Assembly: GCA_036443615.1 (NCBI GenBank)
Contig: JAZFYO010000326.1
Location: 1 to 33,670 of the forward strand
DNA length: 33,670 nucleotides
Direction of reading: 5' to 3'
Source of the DNA: Candidatus Binatia bacterium
Lineage (GTDB): Bacteria; Desulfobacterota; Binatia; UBA9968; CAXXLF01
The notes under the pieces were generated by a model that worked only from the letters and a program-made list of their open reading frames with translations, was not told the origin of the DNA and did no database searches. Numbering within the stretch: the stretch's first letter is position 1; every line of letters begins with the position of its first letter. The position numbers and the translations under genes are program-made. Below are positions 1 to 7,146 of this stretch, one piece after another.

Positions 1-128
1 AGCTTCTTTTCCGGCTCCAGGTACGCCTTCCTGCGAAAAACCTCAAAGTATTCATCGTGGGCAAGCGTGTCAGACTGAAAGAGAGAAGCTACAGTTTCCT
101 CCATAGTCGGACCAGCCCCGTCGCGCAT
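1..128 (-). CDS. hypothetical protein, N-terminal fragment (runs off window start)
   Basis: Too short for the ORF track. Minus-strand ATG at 126..128, with AAGGAGG (rc of 134..140) 5 nt upstream. Reads MRDGAGPTMEETVASLFQSDTLAHDEYFEVFRRKAYLEPEKK and stays open to position 1. No family recognised. Confidence 0.35.
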   Translation of the reverse strand, partial: MRDGAGPTMEETVASLFQSDTLAHDEYFEVFRRKAYLEPEKK

Positions 129-254
129 AGAAACCTCCTTCTTATCCGCGAAATGATCCATTTTGTTACTCGGTATCTCTCTCAGTTTGCCATTCAAAGT
201 TCACGTGGATAAAGTATTTTTAATCCACAGCCTGTGCCGACACCCAAGGGCTTG

Positions 255-524
255 CTAGCTTTGTAGTTCCCACCCCTTCGAATTCATGCAGGCCCAGAAG
301 AGTCCGCGATTAACCCTCTGGACTTCCCTCGGACGGCCGAACTCCTCGTTCCTAACCTCTTTGACGGTTGCTCCCTGGAGACACTTGTATCGATCCTGGG
401 CCAAATCCAATCGGGTAGCCCCGGGCTTGCTCCATTGGCCACAACCCCCAAGCAGGAGCAGTCCAACGAGCGGAACTATTAAGTAAAATCTAGCCACTGG
501 TGTGTTCCTATCTGCCCTCTCCAT
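255..524 (-). CDS. small putative lipoprotein
   Basis: 89-aa ORF. The N-terminus ...ARFYLIVPLVGLLLLGGCGQW has a hydrophobic core followed by a lipobox-like LGGC. No SD before the ATG at 524, so an internal GTG (VARFYL...) could be the true start. Confidence 0.5.
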   Translation of the reverse strand: MERADRNTPVARFYLIVPLVGLLLLGGCGQWSKPGATRLDLAQDRYKCLQGATVKEVRNEEFGRPREVQRVNRGLFWACMNSKGWELQS

Positions 525-652
525 GTTTCTAAGGCTTAAACAATTTCCGTACGTAAAAAGTTCCGCTAAAAACCATTTGGAGAATAGGGATCTACTACAG
601 AGGAGGGAACTTTTTCTTGGTCACTTTTTGTTGAGAGAACAGAGGCTGGTGA

Positions 653-835
653 ATGAAACGAAAGGAAGTTAGAAAAATGATGTGGAAAAGTACACTGATA
701 ACAGTCCTGGTTCTGACAATGATTTTGGGACTTATGTCTGTCCCGGTAACAGCTTGTGAAGGCCTCGTCAATGAGGTCATCCGGCAGACGGTCTTTGACC
801 CCACAGACAATGTCCATTTCAGACAGACAGCGTAA
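653..835 (+). CDS. very small putative lipoprotein / exported peptide
   Basis: 60-aa ORF. Hydrophobic segment STLITVLVLTMILGLMSVPVTA followed by Cys (lipobox-like V-T-A-C), leaving a mature peptide of about 26 aa. AAGGAAG lies 8 nt upstream of the internal MMWKS start, so the start is ambiguous. Confidence 0.4.
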   Translation: MKRKEVRKMMWKSTLITVLVLTMILGLMSVPVTACEGLVNEVIRQTVFDPTDNVHFRQTA

Positions 836-850
836 AGGAGAAATTAAGCG

Positions 851-1258
851 ATGAAAGACAAGAATAAGACCTTTTTCATAACTCTTGGCCTCTCGCTCCT
901 CTTACTCTCTGGTGGATCTCTCCATGCTGAGACGATGCGATTTACGGAGAATCTCCGCAGCGAGACAGTCCTACTTCCCCCGTCGGCGCCGGACCGAGGT
1001 CAACTTATCCTAATTTCCTTTGTCACGATCGCCGCTGAAGCAGAAGCCATAGTCACAATGGCTGTTTATGATGATCCTCAAACCAGATGGTCAGTCGATC
1101 TCTTGGAGCTTTATGATGAGGCAGGGGCTCTTCTGTCAGTTAGCTGGGTTGATAAATTCGGCATCCGCAGGACCGCCATGGACCGCGGACTTCTTCAAGA
1201 AGAGACTTCCAGGCTCGAGGGAGTTTTTGTCCTTCTTCCAGAAGGAACTCCAGCATGA
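851..1258 (+). CDS. exported protein of unknown function
   Basis: 135-aa ORF. AAGGAG lies about 10 nt upstream of the ATG. N-terminal signal peptide MKDKNKTFFITLGLSLLLLSGGSLHA|ET. No family recognised. Confidence 0.55.
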   Translation: MKDKNKTFFITLGLSLLLLSGGSLHAETMRFTENLRSETVLLPPSAPDRGQLILISFVTIAAEAEAIVTMAVYDDPQTRWSVDLLELYDEAGALLSVSWVDKFGIRRTAMDRGLLQEETSRLEGVFVLLPEGTPA

Positions 1259-1360
1259 AGATAGAAGCGCTGAGAAATCGGTTCTAACTGAAGACAGGTT
1301 AGGTTTGGCTGCGTAGACGAAATTAGAGTTACTGAAACAACCCAATGATGAGGGCTTCTC

Positions 1361-1438
1361 ATGAATCTGTTCATTTTCGTTTCCTTTATAACAGCGGTCA
1401 TTGTTTTCCTCATGGCATGGAATCTTTTCGACTCATGA
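1361..1438 (+). CDS. candidate 25-aa hydrophobic mini-protein (paralog 1)
   Basis: My own reading: ATG 1361, TGA 1436..1438, MNLFIFVSFITAVIVFLMAWNLFDS. GAGGG lies about 8 nt upstream. Same length as the 1770..1847 mini-ORF, and the two align at I14, V15, M18, W20 and F23. Confidence 0.25.
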   Translation: MNLFIFVSFITAVIVFLMAWNLFDS

Positions 1439-1769
1439 CAAGAAGAACAGAGACCGTGCGAGAAAAACAAACCTCAACGCTTTTTCTGCTTTGCTACCAG
1501 GGAAGGAAAAATGACGAAATTAATAAGTGATCACCGGAAATTGAGCATATGGAAGCTCATCTTCCTGAAAAGCAAGGTGAAGGGTGATTTTTACCGCATT
1601 GGGAACTTTCTCCTGGCCTCTCCTTGTTTAGCAAAGCAAAGGCCAAAGAAAGCCAAGTTCCTTACAGAGATCAAAGAGGAGTACCTGATACTTCTTGAAG
1701 GCAGGCAAGGTTTGGCGGCGCAGGAACTGGAGAATGAGAAGCTTCAAAAAAAACCGAGGAGAAATGATT

Positions 1770-1847
1770 ATGGAATCACTTGTTGTCCATCTCATCTTGG
1801 CATCGCTCATTGTATTGTTCATGGTTTGGATTTTTTTTACTGCTTGA
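1770..1847 (+). CDS. candidate 25-aa hydrophobic mini-protein (paralog 2)
   Basis: My own reading: ATG 1770, TGA 1845..1847, MESLVVHLILASLIVLFMVWIFFTA. Good SD, GAGGAG 8 nt upstream. Single predicted TM span. Confidence 0.3.
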   Translation: MESLVVHLILASLIVLFMVWIFFTA

Positions 1848-1953
1848 CGAGTGCCATAGAGATTGTGTGGGAGGGAAGTGCCTTCACAAATAAGTGAGAA
1901 TTGACACCTAAAATAAGAATAGAGGAGATGATCATTAAAGGAGGTTAATAGTT

Positions 1954-2577
1954 ATGTTTAATTCGTTCAATATTCCAAAAGCAATCATGGCTGGTTTCTT
2001 AGGAACGGTGGCCATGACCATCCTGATGTATGCTTGGCCTCTGATAGGCCTTCCCAGCATGGACATCATAGCCGCACTGGGGGGGGTGTTTCCCTTCAAT
2101 ATGTCACCTTACGTCCTGGGATCGCTGATTCATCTCAGCATAGGGATCTCAATGGCTCTGATCTATGCCTTGTTTTTTGCCTCTCGGCTACCCGGTCCAG
2201 GTTGGCTACGCGGTGCGCTGTTTTCCTTTCTTCCCTGGATTTTCGCCATAACTCTCTTCGGCCCAGGCCTTCAACTAGCCAGTGAATTCTTCAAGGGAAA
2301 AGAGGCCATTGCGGCCAACCCGTGCTCTATATCGCAGCCCTGTCAAGTCCGCCCAGCGAATCCTTGTGCGGTGAACCAACCCCGATCCAATCCATGCGCT
2401 GCAAAGGTAAGCAATCCATGTGGAGTCAGTGCCAATCCTTGCGCTGTGGCGAATCCCTGCGCAGTGACCACGGCGCCCTCTAGGGGGCCTTCCCCCCAAG
2501 TTATGAGCTTGATTGTCCACCTGCTCTTCGGTATGGTTCTAGGTGCCGCCTACAGACCTTCAGGTGAGTTAGTTTAA
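1954..2577 (+). CDS. integral membrane protein with a Cys-rich [N/Q]-P-C repeat loop
   Basis: 207-aa ORF with AAAGGAGG 7-8 nt upstream. About four hydrophobic helices in residues 1-110 and one C-terminal helix (LIVHLLFGMVLGAAY). They are separated by ANPCSISQPCQVRPANPCAVNQPRSNPCAAKVSNPCGVSANPCAVANPCAV (nt 2314..2466). No family name recognised. Confidence 0.75.
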   Translation: MFNSFNIPKAIMAGFLGTVAMTILMYAWPLIGLPSMDIIAALGGVFPFNMSPYVLGSLIHLSIGISMALIYALFFASRLPGPGWLRGALFSFLPWIFAITLFGPGLQLASEFFKGKEAIAANPCSISQPCQVRPANPCAVNQPRSNPCAAKVSNPCGVSANPCAVANPCAVTTAPSRGPSPQVMSLIVHLLFGMVLGAAYRPSGELV

Positions 2578-2578
2578 G

Positions 2579-3106
2579 ATGAAATTCGCGTTGCTTGGAC
2601 AATACCCGGGACTCCAATCTACATCTGAGAGAAGAACCCGCCTGTTTCGAAGAACGGTGCTGTGGACTTTGATGCTGTTCCTTCTGCCCACAGGACCGGT
2701 CTGGGCCGACTCCCACGTCACCAGTGAAAACGGAGTGGTGGTGGTGACCCTGACCCAGACCCCTTGCCTTTTTGTCGAGGCAGAGGCCAATCCCCAAACC
2801 TACCGCTCCAACAAAGCTGCGGAATGCATTGCCATCAACAAACACACCGCAGGTCAGCGCCAATTCATGCCTCTTCACTTAAGAGCCGGGAAAGTGATCT
2901 TCCGAGTCGCAAATAATAATGTCCCCTATGAGCTAGGCTTTTGGGTCCGGGGACAGGGACTCGGACGCGTCACCCTGCCCTCGGTGTCAGGCGGCGGGCT
3001 GATGCCTGGCCAGACCAAAGAGTACGCTATCACCTTAAAGAAGGGGGCATACTGGTACAGCTGCCCGCTGAATCCTACGCCCAACTATCCGCTCATCGTC
3101 GAATAG
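2579..3106 (+). CDS. exported cupredoxin-like protein (canonical Cu ligands not evident)
   Basis: 175-aa ORF. The ATG sits 1 nt after the upstream TAA, indicating translational coupling. RR-containing signal-like N-terminus (SERRTRLFRRTVLWTLMLFLLPTGPVWA|DS). The C-terminal YWYSCPLNPTPNYPLIVE resembles the Y-x-Y-x-C end of cupredoxins, but the His/Met ligand pattern is missing. Confidence 0.6.
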   Translation: MKFALLGQYPGLQSTSERRTRLFRRTVLWTLMLFLLPTGPVWADSHVTSENGVVVVTLTQTPCLFVEAEANPQTYRSNKAAECIAINKHTAGQRQFMPLHLRAGKVIFRVANNNVPYELGFWVRGQGLGRVTLPSVSGGGLMPGQTKEYAITLKKGAYWYSCPLNPTPNYPLIVE

Positions 3107-3263
3107 TGCGTTGGTTTGCCAATCTGCCTGGACGATACGGTTTGGAGGACATCCCTGCCCCATCCTAAACGCTCCCCGCACATTTCACCGTACCAGGAAC
3201 TTTTCCCTAACCATAAGAGTTTGCCCTGGAGGAAAGGTCCTCCACTGTATTGGGTGAAGTGAT

Positions 3264-3291
3264 TTGCGGTCTCTGCCCTATAGGCTAAAAT
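3264..3291 (+). promoter_or_regulatory. putative sigma70-type promoter upstream of arsM
   Basis: TTGCGG (3264..3269), a 16-nt spacer, then TAAAAT (3286..3291), about 100 nt upstream of the arsM ATG. Pattern match only. Confidence 0.3.
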
Positions 3292-3389
3292 GTCATCCTA
3301 GAGAGCGTCGACCGAGGAATGATCGGCGATTTGGACGACCACCGTAAGTGAGGGCCCTTCAATCACTATAAAACAAAAAGGAGACTATT

Positions 3390-4598
3390 ATGAGTGAGGA
3401 GAGACAAGCACCCATCAAAGGAGTTAACAATACCAATAGTCGTGGATTAGATTTTGAAGAGGCGGTACTGCACCGCTATGAGAGTGCCGCCAAGGAGGCT
3501 GAGGCCGGCCTATGCGTTCCTGTCAGCTACGACTCTTCCCTTCTGAAAGTCATCCCTGAGGAGGTCATAGAAAAGGACTATGGTTGTGGAAACCCTTCTC
3601 AATACGTGAGGGAAGGGGAGACGGTACTTGATCTTGGCTCCGGGAGCGGGAAGGCCTGTTATATCATCTCACAGATTGTTGGCCCGAAGGGCAGGGTCAT
3701 CGGAGTAGACTTTAATGAGGAGATGCTAGCCCTGGCCCGCAAGTATCAAGAGACCGTCGGAAAGAAACTGGGCTATCATAACGTGGAGTTTCGCCGTGGT
3801 AGAATTCAAAACCTCAGGGTCAACCTGGATCTCCTCGATCAATACCTGGCGGCTAACCCTGTCCGTTCCGCCTCCGAGCTTCACAGGCTACGCGAATTTG
3901 AAGGGAAAATCTCGTGCGAAGACCCCATGATCCCAGACAATTCTATTGATGTCATCGTCTCTAACTGTGTGCTCAATCTGGTCCGGCCTGAAGATAAGAA
4001 GGAGCTGTTTTCTGAAATGTTTCGTGTGCTCAAAAGGGGAGGAAGGGCCATCATCTCGGACATCGTCAGCGATGAGCCAGTTCCGGGGCACCTGAAAATC
4101 GATCCCGATCTCTGGAGCGGGTGCGTCTCTGGTGCCCTTGAAGAGGAGGAATTTTTCCTCTCCTTTGAAGAGGCCGGTTTTTATGGAATCCATGTCGAAG
4201 AGATGAGGTCAGAACCCTACCAGACGGTGGAGGGAATCGATTTCCGCTCTATAACGATCTCTGCCTATAAAGGGAAAGAGGGGCCCTGTATCGAGAGAAA
4301 CCAAGCGGTGATCTACCGCGGCCCGTGGAAACAGGTCGTGGACGACGATAACCACGTCCTTCCCCGGGGGGTACGGATCGCCGTTTGTGATAAGACCTAC
4401 CAGATCTACTCCAAGCCGCCTTATCAGGATCAATTCATACCAATCCAGCCCAGGGAAGAGATTCCTCTGGAGAAGGCCGAGATATTTGACTGTGCCCGAA
4501 CGGACAGACGCCACCCGCGCGAGACCAAAGGAATGGATTACCAGGTGACACAGAGCCCTTCCGGTATCTGCGGACCTGGAGGCAACTGCTGCCCATAG
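3390..4598 (+). CDS. arsM: SAM-dependent As(III) methyltransferase (ArsM family) with a Cys-rich C-terminal extension
   Basis: 402 aa, with AAAGGAG upstream. ArsM hallmarks are present: DYGCGNP, SAM motif I VLDLGSGSGKA, SNCVLNLV and WSGCVSGA (positions of the As-binding cysteines). The tail ends GICGPGGNCCP. Confidence 0.8.
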   Translation: MSEERQAPIKGVNNTNSRGLDFEEAVLHRYESAAKEAEAGLCVPVSYDSSLLKVIPEEVIEKDYGCGNPSQYVREGETVLDLGSGSGKACYIISQIVGPKGRVIGVDFNEEMLALARKYQETVGKKLGYHNVEFRRGRIQNLRVNLDLLDQYLAANPVRSASELHRLREFEGKISCEDPMIPDNSIDVIVSNCVLNLVRPEDKKELFSEMFRVLKRGGRAIISDIVSDEPVPGHLKIDPDLWSGCVSGALEEEEFFLSFEEAGFYGIHVEEMRSEPYQTVEGIDFRSITISAYKGKEGPCIERNQAVIYRGPWKQVVDDDNHVLPRGVRIAVCDKTYQIYSKPPYQDQFIPIQPREEIPLEKAEIFDCARTDRRHPRETKGMDYQVTQSPSGICGPGGNCCP

Positions 4599-4678
4599 AG
4601 AGAGGAGAACTCCCATGCGGCCCTTTGCCCAAGAAATAAGGGAGGGCAGCTGCAGCGGGACCTTAATCCCTGAGGTCT

Positions 4679-5812
4679 ATGTTATTTTGGTCAATTATCA
4701 TTTTCAGCGCAACGATGTTCGTTGCCTACGCCAACGGGGCAAACGACAACTTTAAAGGAGTGGCCACACTTTTAGGAAGCGGGACGAGCGACTACCAAAA
4801 GGCCCTTTGGTGGGCCACGGTAACGACTTTTGCCGGCTCCATGACGGCATTATTTTTGGCCACAAAGTTAGTGGAAACCTTCCAGGGAAGGGGCCTTATT
4901 CCCGAAAGCCTGACAGGATCGGGGCCCTTTGCCGCTGCCGTCATTCTGGGAACGGGCCTAACGCTATTTTTGGCAACCAAGATCGGGGCGCCCATCTCAA
5001 CTACACACAGCCTAACAGGCGCTCTCATCGGAAGCGGCCTTATGGCTGTAGGTTCGGACTTTGGCTTTGTTGCTCTGTGGGACAAGTTTTTAATTCCGCT
5101 CCTTTTGAGCCCGTTGATAGCGGTGGGCTTGGCGGTTATCGTTTATCCCCTTTTCAGGCTCAGCGCTACCTTTATTGGTTTAACGAGAGAGACTTGCATC
5201 TGTGCAGGAGAGGAGCTCGTCCCCGTAGCCATTACACCGGGAGGACACTTCATGACTACCGGAACCAAGAGCGTGCAAGTTGTCGTGGATCAAGAAGCAA
5301 ACTGTGCGGAGAGCTATACGGAAAAGATTTTCGGTGTCAATGCCCAAACAGCCCTCGGCTCTCTTCATTATTTAAGCGCAGGGGCTTTAAGCTTTGCCAG
5401 AGGCCTCAACGACACCCCAAAGATCGTGGCCCTATCCCTGACTGCAGGAACTCTCGACCTACGTTGGTGTGTGTATCTGGTTGCACTTTTCATGGCTCTA
5501 GGCGGCCTGTTTCATGCGCAGAGAGTGGCTGAAACGATGAGCAAGAGAATCACAGAAATGGACTTCGGCCAAGGTTTCGCCGCCAACCTGGTTGCCAGTT
5601 TTCTGGTCATCTTTGCCTCGAGGTGGGGTCTTCCCGTTTCAACCACCCATGTTTCCTGTGGGGCCTTATTTGGGATCGGCGCAGTCAACGGCAAAGCCCG
5701 ATGGGGTGTCGTTCGAAGTATTGTCCTGGCCTGGGTGTTGACCCTCCCTGTCGCGGCACTGCTGTCGGGGGGGATATTCACGGTGTTGCAAGATCTCATC
5801 GGTAAAGGATGA
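4679..5812 (+). CDS. PiT-family inorganic phosphate/oxyanion transporter
   Basis: 377 aa and polytopic. The duplicated PiT signature is present (ANGANDNFKGVATL near the N-terminus, ARGLNDTPKIVAL in the second half), along with PISTTHSLTGA and PVSTTHVSCGA repeats. Confidence 0.85.
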   Translation: MLFWSIIIFSATMFVAYANGANDNFKGVATLLGSGTSDYQKALWWATVTTFAGSMTALFLATKLVETFQGRGLIPESLTGSGPFAAAVILGTGLTLFLATKIGAPISTTHSLTGALIGSGLMAVGSDFGFVALWDKFLIPLLLSPLIAVGLAVIVYPLFRLSATFIGLTRETCICAGEELVPVAITPGGHFMTTGTKSVQVVVDQEANCAESYTEKIFGVNAQTALGSLHYLSAGALSFARGLNDTPKIVALSLTAGTLDLRWCVYLVALFMALGGLFHAQRVAETMSKRITEMDFGQGFAANLVASFLVIFASRWGLPVSTTHVSCGALFGIGAVNGKARWGVVRSIVLAWVLTLPVAALLSGGIFTVLQDLIGKG

Positions 5813-5824
5813 CCTAAGCGGAAA

Positions 5825-7009
5825 GTGCAAAAGAAACTTATTAAAAACATGACCGCTTCTGTAAAGTCACATCTTCAAACAATTAGGTTCGACCGCAATG
5901 AGCTTTCGGGGGCATTTGGGGATATCGGCACAGACATGCCCCTAATTGTCGGGATGATCCTCGCCTCCAGGCTGGATAGTGCAAGTGTCTTGATCATGTT
6001 TGGCGCGATGCAGATCCTCACCGGTTTCACCTATAGGATTCCCATGCCCGTCCAGCCACTGAAGGCTATGGCGGCAATTGTGATTGCACAGAATTTGACT
6101 GGAAAAATTCTTTACGGAGGTGGGTTAGCTATAGGAATAACAATGCTCTTGTTAACAGTGACGGGATTAATTGATTGGCTAGGCCGAGTGATTCCCAAAA
6201 GCGTTATTCGAGGAATCCAGTTTGGATTGGGACTCAAACTCGCATCAATTGCACTCAAGAATTACGTGGGGGCGGATAGCATCCCTGGTTACTGGCTGGC
6301 AGCAATTGGCTTCGTGATAACTATCCTACTGATAGGTAACCGGAGGTATCCCCCAGCCATATTTGTCATAATTTTAGGCATCGTTTATGCTTTTTTCTTT
6401 AAATTAGACGCAGCCACGATAGTTCAAAGCGTAGGATTTAGCCTGCCTAATATTTATATGCCCACCTTACCGGATGTTTTTGCAGGGTTTCTAATTCTGG
6501 CGCTACCACAAATTCCACTCTCTCTTGGCAACTCGATATTTGCGACAAGGCAGATGACCCAAGACTTGTTTCCAGATCGATTAATTACTGTGCGTAAAAT
6601 AAGTCTCACCTATTCGTTGATTAATATTATCAACCCTTTCCTAAGCGGCATTCCTACCTGTCATGGCTCGGGTGGAATAGCGGGACATTATGCCTTCGGG
6701 GCGCGGACGGGGGGATCTGTAGTGATTTACGGTTTGATTTACCTGGTTTTAGGATTCTTTTTCAGCGGAGGCTTTGAAAAAGTTATTCAAGTTTTTCCTT
6801 TGCCTATTTTGGGGGTAATTCTTCTCTTCGAAGGTTTAACATTGATGCTTTTATTACGGGATGTTTCCGAGTCCAAGCAGGATTTCTCCATTGCTATATT
6901 GGTAGGACTGATGGCCAGCGGCCTGCCGTATGGTTTTGTTATTGGACTAATTGTCGGGACACTGTTGGCTTACCTGCCGCGAACGCGACTCGCCGGATTA
7001 GCAAAGTGA
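5825..7009 (+). CDS. putative sulfate/molybdate transporter (MOT1/SulP-like)
   Basis: 394 aa and polytopic. Has LSGAFGDIGTDMPL and CHGSGGIAGHYAFGARTGGS motifs, typical of MOT1-type (PF16983-like) transporters. The track start is GTG 5825; the in-frame ATG at 5849 is an alternative. Confidence 0.7.
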   Translation: MQKKLIKNMTASVKSHLQTIRFDRNELSGAFGDIGTDMPLIVGMILASRLDSASVLIMFGAMQILTGFTYRIPMPVQPLKAMAAIVIAQNLTGKILYGGGLAIGITMLLLTVTGLIDWLGRVIPKSVIRGIQFGLGLKLASIALKNYVGADSIPGYWLAAIGFVITILLIGNRRYPPAIFVIILGIVYAFFFKLDAATIVQSVGFSLPNIYMPTLPDVFAGFLILALPQIPLSLGNSIFATRQMTQDLFPDRLITVRKISLTYSLINIINPFLSGIPTCHGSGGIAGHYAFGARTGGSVVIYGLIYLVLGFFFSGGFEKVIQVFPLPILGVILLFEGLTLMLLLRDVSESKQDFSIAILVGLMASGLPYGFVIGLIVGTLLAYLPRTRLAGLAK

Positions 7010-7146
7010 AGGAATCGTGGCGACGGACTTTGCACCTTCGCCTAATACGGGCATTGCAGATCACTTGGTTCGCCGAAACGCTTCGCACTTCGCAAGGCCT
7101 GAAAACGCTATGCGAAACCTTAGAGTGAACCTATAAGTTCTGGAGG

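Noticed and set aside
204-229. Two DnaA-box-like 9-mers in inverted orientation: CGTGGATAA at 204..212 (8/9 match to the box complement) and TAATCCACA at 221..229 (8/9 match), hinting at oriC
   Set aside because: There are only two imperfect boxes, no AT-rich unwinding element and no dnaA nearby. It is equally well described as a 6-bp inverted repeat (GTGGAT-N12-ATCCAC), and a chance occurrence is plausible.
1511-1897. 128-aa plus-strand track ORF in the A/T-rich stretch
   Set aside because: It has an odd composition (for example ITCCPSHLGIAHCIVHGLDFFYC) and no clear SD. It is overlapped out of frame by a mini-ORF with a much better SD. I cannot support it as a gene. The same applies to 1345..1530, 1195..1470 (-) and 1628..1822 (-).
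3227-3244. TGGAGGA-AAGG-TCCTCCA inverted repeat upstream of arsM as a possible ArsR operator or terminator
   Set aside because: It is only 7 bp per arm, has no U-tract, and no arsR is in the window. It is not distinguishable from chance.
7081-7094. Tandem CTTCGCA x2, further TTCGC copies (7037, 7069), and a TTCGCA-N16-TGCGAA inverted repeat upstream of the flavoprotein gene
   Set aside because: The units are too short and few to distinguish from chance. No promoter context could be assigned.
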